In this document: piece by piece, positions 13,601 through 25,964 of the stretch
How the letters are laid out: every line of letters starts with the position of its first letter
How positions within the stretch are numbered: the first letter of the stretch is position 1
Assembly (NCBI GenBank): GCA_010909165.1
Contig: VJWM01000220.1
Location: 1-64,000, forward strand
Source of the DNA: Anthoceros angustus
Lineage: Eukaryota; Plantae; Anthocerotophyta
Reading direction: 5' to 3'
DNA: 64,000 bases
Position numbers and translations under genes: made by a program
Notes under the pieces: model-generated
Databases searched by the model: none
Seen by the model: the letters and a program-made list of their open reading frames with translations, nothing else
Told to the model about the DNA's origin: nothing

Positions 13601-15427
13601 CAAAATGAACGTTGTACTCATTTGATATTGTAAGTCTACGAACTAAGTTCTTTGACATTTGTGGGACATGGTAAACATCCTCTAACTTCTGCCTCCCTCG
13701 GAGGACAAGGCCTCTTCCTTGTACCAAGGCCACTATCATCACCCAGCAATATGAAACCACCGGTTCACAAGGATGGTAAAGCAAAAGAAGGACCTTGTGT
13801 GGCAAATATGAGATGAAGCACCACTATCAATGTACCAATGGGTATCATTCTTGAGGTAACCAAATATACGCTAAGAGTACTTGTGATTTTGCTGTACAAT
13901 GTTTGTTGAAGGTGGTAATCCTCTCCTAGGCTCTCCACTTTTCTTACGACACTCTTTTTCGTAATGGCCTTCTACTTGGCACCAATGGGAGGCTCCTTTC
14001 CTCCTTGGTGCTGATGATAAAGATGGCCTGTTGTTGTAAGGAGGACGGCCTCGTCCGCGTCCTCTCCCTCCTCGAACCACAAAGAGAGCTCGACCTTGGG
14101 CAGCATTTGATGTGCCCGCCACGTGTGGCTTCTTCCTCTATGAGAGCCCCAATTACTCAAGTGGTGAAATCAACCTTGCCCCTTTTGGCTGCAAGTTGTG
14201 CTTGTTTTATGACTCCATTTTGTGTGTCGCCTTGAAGGTACGATAACGCCGGAAGAGAACTCAGCAAGGCTATGGTCGCTGAGCCTCGATCAACGCCGTC
14301 CCACAAGATGCCAATCGAGCCCGTGCTCGAACTTCTTTATGTGTTCGGAACAGCTTCACTTTCACCCATCTGCATTTGGTAAAATGCCTTTGTTACATTA
14401 TTACACTCATTGCATCTACCGCGTCGTAGAGTTGGTTCAGTTGGTCCATCTGTGGCTGCTTCTACAGCCCCCACGTGATGAGCGTGGTCCTATCAAGTCC
14501 GAGATAAGATCACATTTCTTGCTTTTCTATCGGTCTTCTCCCATGCCGCTAAATCCACGATCTTGGATTTGTTCTGATGTGAGTTTGGGATAAGTGCCAT
14601 CAATGACTCCATGGGTCATTGTCCTCAAGAATGGATCGCATACGCATGGACCAAATGTCGTAATCGATCCCGAGAATCATCTTTTTCCTTAAAATCAATC
14701 TTAATTGTATTGTTGATTGTTGTTGTGGAGTTATTATTTTGAGGCCATGTTTGAGGGTGGAGTAACATTTGTTGGAGGATATTTGATGTGTTTATGCGTT
14801 ATGTGGGGTGACCACATCCGTGATTTCTAACCAAATCCTAATCGACTCTAGACCTGACAACTCACTAACAGCAAGATTGGACAGCATGTTATCCATACAC
14901 TGGATATTTGGTAAATTCCCATCTGTAGCTATTTTGACCTTTCTATTCTACACTGCCTTATGATTCAATCTTAAACGTTGTGAGACCTTTTGATCTAAAT
15001 AGTGTAATGCCCTGCGGGGTTATTTCGATTGCCTTTGAGTGATCAACTTAATCAAGTTGGATGTCATAGACGGTGACACTTCTCAAAGTTTTGAAGAAAA
15101 GCCCAAATCTGGAGTTGACAGATTCTATGGCCTCTATCTCGTAATTCAAAGGCTCGTGTGGATTGATAACTAGTTTGTCTAGTCGATGGTGGATTCCAAT
15201 CTTGGAATACATCCGCAATGTCTAGGTGTAGGTCTGTAAATTTGTTGTACCCGATGAGGGTTTCTTTGGCTTCTGTAGACCTGGTAATCTTCAATTATGT
15301 GCCCGTTCTAGTGCCTAGCCATTTTGCTAGCATTTGAACAACATGCTACAAATTGACATCGAGATTGTATGGCTCGATACCATGTGAAGGCACATGGATT
15401 TCACGAAGCGTAGAACAAAAGTGTATG
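10616..15427 (-). mobile_element. Ty1/copia element C; 5' LTR truncated; deletion between RT and RNase H
   Basis: 3' LTR 10616-10820 plus PPT; PBS ggctcgatacca 15371-15382; LTR remnant 15383-15427. Gag knuckle (HWCQVEGHYEKEC), GAG-pre-integrase LWHHRLAH...CESC, RT ALYVDDII, RNase H SSTESEY...CDNMSAI. YKMKDIG is joined directly to SLSSTESEY at about 11290. Confidence 0.93.
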
Positions 15428-15429
15428 GT

Positions 15430-15889
15430 AGCCCGAGTGGCCACCAAATTGCTTTTGTCACACATCTAGCTAATGTCGGTTATATGAAATTGAGACATTT
15501 GTAGTAGTACCGTGTAGGCTACACCGACAGTTCGGAGTTACATCGGTAGTTGCCAACAAGAGGTTATCTAAGTCCTCTCTCACGATCGCGCTTCCTGCAA
15601 AGCACCGATGATTGCAAAGGCCTTGAACTCAAGCAAGAGGCCACAATCGGCGCTTCAGCTCCATTCGCCACTTTACAAAGCCCTTCCCGAGTGTACCCTG
15701 CAATAGGAGACCTCCATGTCACCACATCCTCATGCACGACCCAGTGAAAACGCCCATCTTCCATTTCCTTGGCATACGAGGCGATTAACCACTATTTTCC
15801 CTTGCACTCTTTCCACAAGATGTGAGTGCAGCGGCCCGCCCACCTCTGCGCTAGAGTGCATGCACGGACCTTCGACGGCAAGCTCATGT
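15430..15889 (-). pseudogene. PLS-class PPR gene relic (continues at 22062-22180 past copia D)
   Basis: MEDGR...EDVVTWRSPIAGYTREG resembles the PLS-PPR pattern (MEDAxxVF...DVVTWxxLIAGY). Continuity across the insertion is shown by TSD catgt. Confidence 0.75.
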
Positions 15890-18800
15890 TGTGTGGCCGT
15901 TACGTTTTACGTGAAGCTCGTTTCTCCTTTTGTTTAGGGGCGCTATGAGCAGACGTGACTCTTCGCTCGCTCTTGTGTAATGCCTTTTTGCTCATAATGA
16001 AACACACTACTCGTTGTTCTTCTCTGTGTGCGGTCTAGATCGCTTTGGTTCATGGTATCGAGCATACATCCTAGAGCATGCCAGAATACATTACAAGATC
16101 GATGACTGACTCTGTGTCGATAATACAAAACTCAATGGATAGAACACAAAAATTCATCCGGAATGCTAGAAATTCGTAGACATTCTACTCAACATAGAAA
16201 ATGGAAATTCAGACATTCTAGTCAACATTGATCATAAACTTCCAAACATAAACATCTTGGTGATCTAGCCCAATGGCTAATCAACCACAGCCCGTTTCTA
16301 GGGCATATCAGATTGATAAGCTAACTAGTGTCAATTATCACACATGGGCTGCCGGGCTAGAAAATGCTCTTATTAAGAAATTCACTATGTATTAGCTCAA
16401 GCACAACCCAGCAGGTCATGCGACCTACCTTGGCAACTCAAAGATGCACAAGCCCATTCCGACATACTCCCGCATGTAGGAGATAGATTAATCCTATAAT
16501 CAAAAGACTAACCACATCAAAACAAATGTGGGATAAATCATCTACCTATGTAGAAAGCAGATGGCCTTTAAGTTGCACGCCCAGAACAATTATCATCCCT
16601 AAAATTGGCGGAAAATCTCCTAGATTTTCTAGAGACATGGCAAGGGTCCTTAGATTCTTGCATATCCTCGTGTCTAACACTAGATGATGAAACACAAGTG
16701 ATGCACCTTTTGAGAGCATTACCTCCTTCGTGGGGAAACTTCATCACGCACAAACCGAGTGTAATAGGTAATAACAATAATACTAACCTTAACTACACTC
16801 ATCGGAGGATTATGCATGAGACTAGGCGAGACAAGGTAACACTATTTCCAGCACTGGAATACTACCTCTGCTCTCTTTGCAAGTGGTAGGAAACGCTGGA
16901 ATCAAACTAGTAAACCCTCTTCTTCTACTTCTGGAGGAATTCACCGTCCTCCTCCTAATAATCCTGCGCATAAGAACAAGACATGTCACTATTGTCAAAA
17001 ACTAGGTCACATAGCACCTGAATGTAGGAAAAAGAAACGGGACAAAGCTGCAGGGATTCACAACCCTAATTCAGCACCAGCCTCAGTTAACACTGCACAA
17101 GCTGGACAAGACCCTTCCTACGTCTTCACTGCTCTGCGTGGAAACTTGGATTCTAAACATCCTTCTCAAGACCTGTGGCTCCTTGACAGTGGAGCAACAG
17201 AGCACATGTCACCTAGGAGGGATTGGTTTTTCCAGTATACCTCTTTGCCGGCTCCTCAACCTGTCTACATGAGAGATAGCTCTCCACATATGGCTGTTGG
17301 TAAGGGAGTGGTCAAAGTGCAGCTTCAAATTCATGTAGCCTTCATAAAAGGCGTCACGCTGCGTTCAGCGACACACAACTTGTCACGCAAGCTACTAGAT
17401 CTCCAAACAGCAAGATTACCTTCACACATAAAGGTTGTCAGATCTTCTTTAGACTCGCCTCCGGGCAGCTAGTGCAATTATTTTATCCTCAAAGTGGCAA
17501 GTTGTTTTATGTGGCTTCAGGCATCCTGCCCGAGTCACTAGGTTCAACAACCACCACACACAGTTTAGTAACTACAGATGCTACAACTACCTTATGGCAC
17601 TTACGCTTAGCCCACTTACATCTGCGGGGCATGCGGGATGTCCACAAAAATCTGGTTTTAGGGTTACCTCCTAAGTTAGGAGCTTTACCTCTATGTCCCT
17701 ATGTCGTAGGCAAGCACGCCACCTTATCCAAGATCCCATACCAAAACATCCCGTGTCCTTGAGTTGGTACATGCTGACCTTTGCGGACCGATGCAGACAG
17801 CAACTTTGTCAGGCAAATTATACATGTTTGTCTTGCTAGATGATTTCAGTCACTGGACACACCTTTATTTCCTCAAATACAAACCCGAGGCATTTCCCTG
17901 TTTCAAGACGTTCCAAGCTTATGCAGAGAACCACACTGGACAGAAGATCAAGATTTTTCGTACTGACAATGCAGGAGAACTTACCACACCAATTTTTGAG
18001 GGACATCTCCTCTCACACGGGATCCAACACCAAAGATCGTCCCATATTCACACCAACAATTGGGAAAGAGTGCCATCGCTCCATAATGGACGGTGTCCAG
18101 CTCTCGCACACCGCTAGCCTCCCAAATTATCGTGGGCGGTGCGCTTGCGTTTGCTATGTTCAAAATCGTTGTGGCACTTCCACGATTGAAGACAAGACAC
18201 CTTATGAAATCTGGAAGGGCGGCCGACGTCACCATCTTAGGATTTTTGGTCAGCCTACAAATATGTTCCGAAATTGCAAGAAATTGGACCCTCGATCCAT
18301 CCCACTTATCTTTGTCGGATATGGCGAAGACGCTGGTGTGAAAGGTTACCGGCTCTACAATCGCCACAACCGCAGCTTTCGTTAGCGAATGTCATCTTGA
18401 TGAAGCTTCTATTCAATGCTCCTCCTCGGGATCCTTCACCCGGCCTGATGACACCGCTCCTTCCTGTACCACCTATGCGGACGACGTCTTTCAACCGCCT
18501 CCCATTCCGTGCCACTTCCCCACCCAGAATCCCTAACTTAGCGGCCCGCTCCACCCCTTCCCAGCTCCCCTCCCGACCCTTACAACACGGTGGCTTTACC
18601 ACAAAAGATCCCGCTCCAGGGGGAATAGGACCAGATCCCGATGCTGAGCATGATGGATTTCAAGGACCGATCCTAATGTTGCGAGCACGATGGACTTCCA
18701 TCTTGACAACACAACACGACGCTCTACCAGGCCAGGATTCCAAGTGTAAAATTTCATGATCTCTCCTTTGACAAATCCCAAGGCCTTTACGCATGCTCTC

Positions 18801-21800
18801 TTTAGTGCGACATTGTTCTGCAAGGAAGCACTAAAGGACCCGAATCCAACTCCTGGAAACAGGCAATGGACAGTGAATATCAATCCTTGGTTTCTAACAA
18901 CACCTGGACCTTGGTTGATCCACCGAAAGGCAGAAACATCGTGGGCATCAAATGGGTCTTGAGAAAGAAGCACAACGCAGATGGCTCTCTGGCCAGGTTC
19001 AAGGCCAGACTCATAGCAAGAGGATTCACACAAAAGAGTGGAGTCGACTACTCTAAATCCAGTATCTTCAGCCCGGTAGTTAAACTCACCTCTCTTCGTG
19101 TGATGATAGCCCTAGCTGCTCTATATGGTCTCGCTATACATCAGTTAGATGTGGAGACCGCGTTTCTTCATGGAATTTTAAAAGAAGAAATCTATGTTCA
19201 ACGACCTCCGGATATGAAGTAAAGGCCAAGAGTCCAAGGTGTGCCTTCTTGAAAACACTCTATGGATGAGCGGTCTCAGGAAGGCGAGCATCTACTTGTA
19301 TTTACTCAGCACTGGGTTATGTTAAAAATCTGGACTCTAGCGTCTTCACAAGAAATAGGGGGCACAGATGCTTATGATGGGTCTCTATGTAGATGACCTC
19401 ATCATGGTTTCAAATGATGAAAAGTATTTAGCGGAGTGCAAATCTGCTCTTGGAAAGAGTTCAAAATGACTGATAATGGGAGTATGTCATATTGTCTTGG
19501 TATTCAGGTCGTTCAGAATTCGTCTAGTCATACTATCACCTTGCATCAGGATACGTATGTTTCTAACTTACTGACCAAGTATGAAATGTCTAGCTGCAAA
19601 CCTGTAGACACACCCATGCAAACAGGCCCAAGACTAAGTAAGACTATGTCACCTCAAGTAGATGATGAAGCTGCTGAGATGCAATCAGTTCCGTATGCAG
19701 GCGTAGTAGGCAGTGTTCAGCATTTAGCTCAATACACTAGACCAGATATAGCGTGTCCTAATGGCCACGTTTCTCAGTTCCTGTCCAATCCTGGAAAGTT
19801 ACATTGGGTAGCAGCTAAAAGAATCCTTAGATATCTTCAGCGAACGAGAACCCGTGGAATTCAGTACAAAGGAGGTCCTGATGCTGCAACCAAGCTTATA
19901 GGTTGGACTGATGCAGACTATGCAGGCGATCCTCACTCTAGAAAATCCACAAGTGGTTACGTGTTCATGCTTGCAGGGGGCCTGTGAGCTGGAAGTCGAA
20001 GAAACAAACCTCGATTGCACAGAGTTCAGCTGAATCTGAATATATTGCTGCTGCCTCAGCCGCCAAGGAAGGACTATGGATCGTTCAGCTACTTCGAGAC
20101 CTTGGTTACCACAAAAGATCCCGCCACCTTTCGTGAGAATAGGACCAGATCCGTTCTGAGCATGATGGATTTCAAGGACCGGATCCTAATGTTGCGAGCA
20201 TGGACTTCCATCTTGACAACACGACGCTCTACCGGGCCAAACAGAGGATTCCAAGTGTAAAATTTCATGATCTCTCCTTTGACAAATCCCAAGGCCTTTA
20301 CACATGCTCTCTTTAGTGCGACATTGTTCACAAGAAGCACTAAAGGACCGAATCCAACTCCACGGAAGCAGGCAATGGATGTGAATATCAATCCTTGGTT
20401 TCTAACAATACATGGACCTTGGTTGATCCACGAAAGACAAAACATCGTGGGCAAATGGGTCTTGAGAAAGAAGCACGCAGATGGCTCTCGGCGAGTTCAA
20501 GGCCGGACTCATAGCAAGAGGATTCACACAAAAGAGTGGAGTCGACTACTCACAATCCAGATCTTCAGCCCGGTAGTTAAACTCACCTCTTCGTGTGATG
20601 ATAGCCCTCTATATGGTCTCGCTATACATCGCTAGATGTGGAGACCGCGTTTCTTCATGGATTTTAAAAGAAGAAATCTATGTTCAAACCTCCGGATATG
20701 AAGTAAAGGCCAAGAGTCCAAGGTGTGCCTTCTTGAGAAAACACTCTATGGTGAGCGGTCTCAGAGGCTGATACGAGCATCTACTTGGTATTTACTCAGC
20801 ACTGGGTTATGTTAAAAAATCTGGACTCTAGCGTCTTCACAAGAAATAGGGGACAGATGCTTATGATGGGTCTCTATGTAGATGACCTCATCATGGTTTC
20901 AAATGATGAAAAGTATTTAGCGGAGTGCAAATCTGCTCTTGGAAAGAGTTCAAAATGATAATGGGAGTATGTCATATTGTCTTGGTATTCAGGTCGTTCA
21001 GAATTCGTCTAGTCATACTATCACCTTGCATCAGGATACGTATGTTTCTAACTTACTGACCAAGTATGAAATGTCTAGCTGCAAACCTGTAGACACACCC
21101 ATGCAAACAGGCCCAAGACTAAGTAAGACTATGTCACCTCAAGTAGATGATGAAGCTGCTGAGATGCAATCAGTTCCGTATGCAGGCGTAGTAGGCAGTG
21201 TTCAGCATTTAGCTCAATACACTAGACCAGATATAGCGTGTCCTAATGGCCACGTTTCTCAGTTCCTGTCCAATCCTGGAAAGTTACATTGGGTAGCAGC
21301 TAAAAGAATCCTTAGATATCTTCAGCGAACGAGAACCCGTGGAATTCAGTACAAAGGAGGTCCTGATGCTGCAACCAAGCTTATAGGTTGGACTGATGCA
21401 GACTATGCAGGCGATCCTCACTCTAGAAAATCCACAAGTGGTTACGTGTTCATGCTTGCAGGGGGCCTGTGAGCTGGAAGTCGAAGAAACAAACCTCGAT
21501 TGCACAGAGTTCAGCTGAATCTGAATATATTGCTGCTGCCTCAGCCGCCAAGGAAGGACTATGGATCGTTCAGCTACTTCGAGACCTTGGTTACCCACAA
21601 GAAGGCCCTTTGGAATTAATGTGTGATAATACAGCTACCATTGCTCTCTCAAAAGATCTGAGGTTTCATGAGCGATCAAAACACATAGAAGTAAGATATC
21701 ATTTCCTCCGTCTCAAGGTGGACTTAGGAGCGCTAGTGTTGACGTACGTATCCACTGAAGACCAGCTAGCCGACATTCTCACCAAGCCTTTGGGGAAGAT

Positions 21801-22061
21801 TAAACATGAGAGCTTCTGTTCAAGATTGGGACTCGTTGATTTGTGATACACTGCTGTTTTAGATCATCTCGCTTCAAGGGGTGTGTGAAACTGGTTACGT
21901 TTTACGTGAAGCTCGTTTCTCCTTTTGTTTAGGGACGCTATATGAACAGACGTGACTCTTCGTTCTGCTCTTGTGTAATGCCTTTTCAGGCTCATAATGA
22001 AACACACTACTCGTTGTTCTTCTCTGTGTGTCGTGTGTCTGGTCTAGATCGCTTTGGTTCA
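15890..22061 (+). mobile_element. Ty1/copia element D, both LTRs, with internal 1.5-kb tandem duplication
   Basis: LTRs 15890-16052 and 21882-22061; TSD catgt (15885-15889 / 22062-22066); PBS tggtatcgagc 16053; PPT aagggg. Knuckle CHYCQKLGHIAPEC, protease WLLDSGA, integrase HADLCGP, RT QLDVETAFLHG, RNase H WTDADYAGD...ADILTKPL. Confidence 0.97.
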
Positions 22062-22375
22062 CATGTAACATGGTCAGCCACAATTAGGCCCCTCCCGGTC
22101 CACTTGCCCATACACAACAAGCGCCTTTTGCCTCCAGTTCTCCATCATTGGGCATTACTCCAGTTCTCCGAATTTTGCATACAAGACGAGGTGAAAAAAT
22201 CTCTTGTCCCTCGTTGCTTAGCTCTCCCTTCGCTTAGTCTTGGCCAGCTTACTTCTTAGTGTTGTCCTTACCTCTTCCCTTGCTGGTTTCGTCTAAGTTT
22301 TTCTGTGATGATGGCAGAGTTCAGCAGACAAAGCGGGTCCCAGGTTAGAAAATTGGGACAGCAGCAGTACCACTA

Positions 22376-22960
22376 CTATGCCACATACAAGGCCATTGAT
22401 CCGGTGATGGGGTCTGTGCAAGTAGGGCAAGTAGGGTTCTGGTCCCTGTGCCGCTGCATGCACGAGTAATGAAAGCAAGGTAAGACCACGGTGTTCCTGG
22501 CCTCCACAAAGCAGATCTTACACATATTTTTCTCCTGCTCCGCCTCCAGGTCGGACGCAATTTGCTAACGCTCATTCCTAAGGTCAAGTGCAGCCGTTCG
22601 TTCAGAGGCTATATTCTCTCGCCTCCATGCTTTGCAGCTCGGAAACAACTGTTGCATGCCTTGCCTCCTCTCTCCCGCATTAGCGCGGCCTCCTCTCTCC
22701 ACATTAGCGCGGCCTCCTCTCCCTTCCTCATTCTCCTTTTCCACTATCTGCGCCATGGCCATGGTGGAGGAGCCGAGCTCATCAAGCTCCTCCAACTTCA
22801 TCCCCTGTACCTCGCCGCTCGCTTGCCAGGCTTCTGGTTTTCCGCCCTGCATGCAGAGCCTCGTGCAGAGAGACATCCTCCTGCACTCCGTGGCCCCTCC
22901 CAGGAATTCGCCCGTTAGTGGCATTGTCAATTTCACTGTCCCTCCTCCACATCCGATTTT
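22376..22960 (-). pseudogene. Coiled-coil + RING-HC family copy 1 (N-terminus missing, one RING Cys lost)
   Basis: Manual minus-strand translation: DLEAEQEKNMCKICFVEARNTVVLPCFHYSCMQRHRDQNPTCPTCTDPITGSMALYVA*. Upstream GEFLGGATE...EAWQAS...MAMAQIVEKE is shared with the 23.9-kb copy. Confidence 0.85.
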
Positions 22961-23095
22961 CAAGAAGGGAGGGCTTTGCACAAGGAAGGTAGAAGGTAGG
23001 ACGGTATCTCTAAACCTGCAGACCTTTGAGAAGGAAGGTAGGAAGGTAGCTCTAAACCTCCTGCAGGCCTGTGAGAAGGAAGGTTTGTCCCTAAT

Positions 23096-23140
23096 CACAT
23101 GTGATAAGGGATGTGTCACATCTTGCCCTTATCACATGTG
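23096..23140. repeat. Hairpin palindrome with 15-bp perfect arms (also at 62938-62983)
   Basis: cacatgtgataaggg ... cccttatcacatgtg; the loop is itself partly palindromic (atgtg-t-cacat). Confidence 0.95.
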
Positions 23141-23280
23141 CGGGTCTATCTGCGCATGTGCTTGCCCATGTGATTACAGACACCCGCCGCCTATTCATAC
23201 ATATATGCAACGGGTGTCTGTACGCCTCTGCCTTGCATGTAGGTTGAGGATACTGGGCTCTGCATCACGGCTGGCGAGGA

Positions 23281-24065
23281 ATGGCGGATAAGGAGGAGGG
23301 CAGTCTTGCTGCGGAACTGAAGCTGCAATCAGATAACATGCTTGAGGAAAGGCTCGAGTGAGGGAGAAAATTACGTTGGTGGCAAAGGTTGTTAGACACG
23401 GCACAGGGGGTCGAGAAGGGAAAGGGGGTCAAGGATATGAACTTGGAGAAGCAGCTTCAAATGATCCGCAACGACCGCAAAGAGCGTCAGCGCAGCCGAT
23501 GGGGCCTTGCTGCGTATCTGAAGGACCTGTCCGACGAGGAGCTGGTAACGAGGCTTGAGAAACAGAAAAAACGTTTGTGCGAAGCGGAGAGTACATCAAC
23601 TTCCCTGGACAAAAAGCTGAAGACAGAAACCGGATGTAGGAAGGTCATTGCATCCGGACGCCATATTGAAGAAGAATAAGGCCAAGGGCAAGATTCAAGT
23701 CATCCGCAACGAACGCAGAGAGCGTGATTGCAGCCAGGAGAAGATTGAGGCTTCCCAAAGATGCCGGAATGAGGTGGCGGATGCTCACTGGTCTGCAGGG
23801 GTTTAGAGCTACCGTCCACCTTCCTTCCGTGTGCAAATCCCTGGAGTCGTATTCAAGGGAGGAAAATGAAATTGAAGCCATTAACGTGTGCTTGTATTGT
23901 GCATAATTGGCGAATTTTCAAGGAAGGGGGCCACGGAGTTGCATGCGGCGAGGGAAAAACTAGAAGCCTGGCAAGCGAGCGGCATGGCCATGGCACAGAT
24001 AGTGCAAAAGGAGAAGGAGAGCATGAGGATGAGACAGCAGGCCGCGCTGTTGCGGGAAAGGGAGG
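23281..24065 (+). pseudogene. Coiled-coil + RING-HC family copy 2 (RING domain deleted)
   Basis: MADKEEGSLAAELKLQSDNMLEERLE*, then LQMIRNDRKERQRSRWGLAAYLKDLSDEELVTRLEKQ, RLPKDAGMRWRML and EAWQASGMAMAQIVQKE. It joins the shared 3' module without a RING. Confidence 0.75.
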
Positions 24066-24069
24066 AAAA

Positions 24070-25963
24070 GCATGCTACTGTTGGCAGCATCACAGAAAAA
24101 TTAGACAAGACCAGCAAGCAAGGGAAGAGGCAAGCTGGACAAGACCTAAGCAAGGGAGAGCTGAGCAAAGAGGGAAAAAAGGTGTTTCATCTCGTCCTGT
24201 ATAGGCCTGCTCCTCCTCTCCAGCTGGTCTAGGGTACATGCTGGTTTTTTATGAGAGAGGAGCGCTGGCTACCTTGCTTCATGGGCACCTACCCATGACG
24301 AAAGGTAGCCAGGTTTGCTGACATTGTCCTGTTATCCACAAAGTTAGGTGATGCTTTGCAGAGGCTGATGACATTGGTCTGTTGTCGACAAGATACAGTC
24401 TTTGCATACATGTCTCCCGGCTTTGACAGCTGTTTTCAGGAGCTTGCAATGTGCAAAGCCAGTAGCCAAGTTGATACTCTTGTGCTTGCAGACTGGCCAG
24501 CCAGCTGCTATTGCAACGCATCTAGCTAATGTCAGTTGTTGCTTTGTCCAATGGGTGGCCGTCCGAGCCCTTCAGCCTGTTCGTTTACTTGACAAGTCTG
24601 AGTTCTCTTCACACAGCGGTGAACCGAGGAGTGAGACTTTTGGATTGGTTTTGAGTCCGGAGTGCGCAGTCTGCAGGCTTGTGCCATGCCAGCCCTTTGT
24701 TGGTTTGCGCGGGCGCGGCTGGTGCCCTGCTCACCATACCTTTGATAAAATGGTACACTCACATACCTCGGATATGGCACTCGCGTTCGTTTGGCCTTCC
24801 TGCGTAAGGGTAGGTTCGGTGGTTAAACCGCTTGCCCCAGGCATGTTGTGTTGATGGGCAGCTGGTTTCTTTGGATATTCAGATGGGCCATGGTGCGTCG
24901 CCTTCCAATTCGAGCTCTCCGGACAAGCCAGAGCTTGGCGCGTGTGCAGGATCGTGAATGGGCGTCATGGCTCTATGGAGAATGTGGGAGCTTGAGGGAT
25001 GCTCGCAGGGGGTTTGATGGTGTTGCCAGGAGAGGTTGTTTCATCGATGACAGTGATGTAGTTGTTACTGTGCGTTTGTCTAGGGCGGCCGATTCATTTC
25101 AGGTACCGGTGAGATCTCAATGCTGTCTGTACAAGATAATCATGTCACAGTGGGGTTGTCCACGCAGTTACTCGTACGGAGTAGGCCTGCAATATTGGAC
25201 TGCTGAATGGTGAGGATATTTCTTTCCTGTGCAGCGTTTTGCCCTGGTGTGTTGTGAACAGAGTTAGTGATGGGTTTACTGCTTCATTTCTTTCGGGAAT
25301 CATTCGATTTTCGAGGGAGTAAGTGTTGCCAGTTGCTGGCAGCACCACGTTCTAATGTGATTGGTAACTATCTGGTCGACACGTGTGTCCCGCGAAATTC
25401 ACAAATAGAGTCTCTAATGTGGCCTTCAGCCTGAATTGTTTCCCTGGGCTCTTGCTTACATGTATGCTGATTGTGGCAGCATGGTGGACGCACACCATGT
25501 ATTTGAAAACTGACCTCAGCGTGAGAAACAATCCGTATATCGTACGGCTAGTATGTCCCAGAATATGACGGGCTTTCAAAAGCATCGTCATATCGAGCGA
25601 AACACCCTGATACATATCTCATCCTATCGTACCGCACTATTTGCACAAGTCCATTCTTAGAACACTGAGGAAAGTATGCAGGTGGTTCATTCACTCTTGA
25701 GCCTGCAAGAGTATGTGGGTCATTTATCAAATACATGCTGCTCGCGTCCACCCTGCTGCCACATTCAGCATGCATGTAAGCATCAGGCGTGGCAGAGTTC
25801 AGGTTAAGGCCACCTTTGAGAATTTCTTCAGGGTAAAGACCACAATGGAGAATTTACCAAGACCCTTCTGCATGATACCGATGCCAGCTGATTACTTGCT
25901 GGACAAAAGACTTCATGGATAGAAACTGCTAGAGCGCCTCCTCCGGCGGTGAGGCAGGTGTTC
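24070..25963. pseudogene. Shared downstream module with scrambled PLS-PPR relics in both orientations
   Basis: + strand YGECGSLRDARRGFDGVARR (about 24970-25030); - strand MHAECGSRVDA (about 25775) and MYQGVSLDMTMLLKA (about 25615). Homologous blocks at 31180-31590, 33990-34410, 35130-37110 and 61612-62250. Confidence 0.75.
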
Positions 25964-25964
25964 A

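Larger units (their letters stand above)
8110..25040 (+). repeat. Large segmental duplication, copy 1 (copy 2 at about 46405-64000, running off the window)
   Basis: Colinear identity across copia B, C, D, the PPR relics and a RING copy, with the same insertion sites and internal deletions. Left breakpoint lies inside the copia B LTR (ggctagggtgctacat at 8110 vs about 46405). Confidence 0.95.

Noticed and set aside
16273-21846. Programmed frameshifting in copia gag-pol
   Set aside because: Frameshifts are numerous, differ between duplicate copies and fit sequencing error; copia gag-pol is normally a single frame.
24070-25963. Functional PPR gene or RING-PPR fusion protein
   Set aside because: PPR pieces are short, frameshifted, scrambled and mostly opposite to the RING genes; no E/DYW domain seen.
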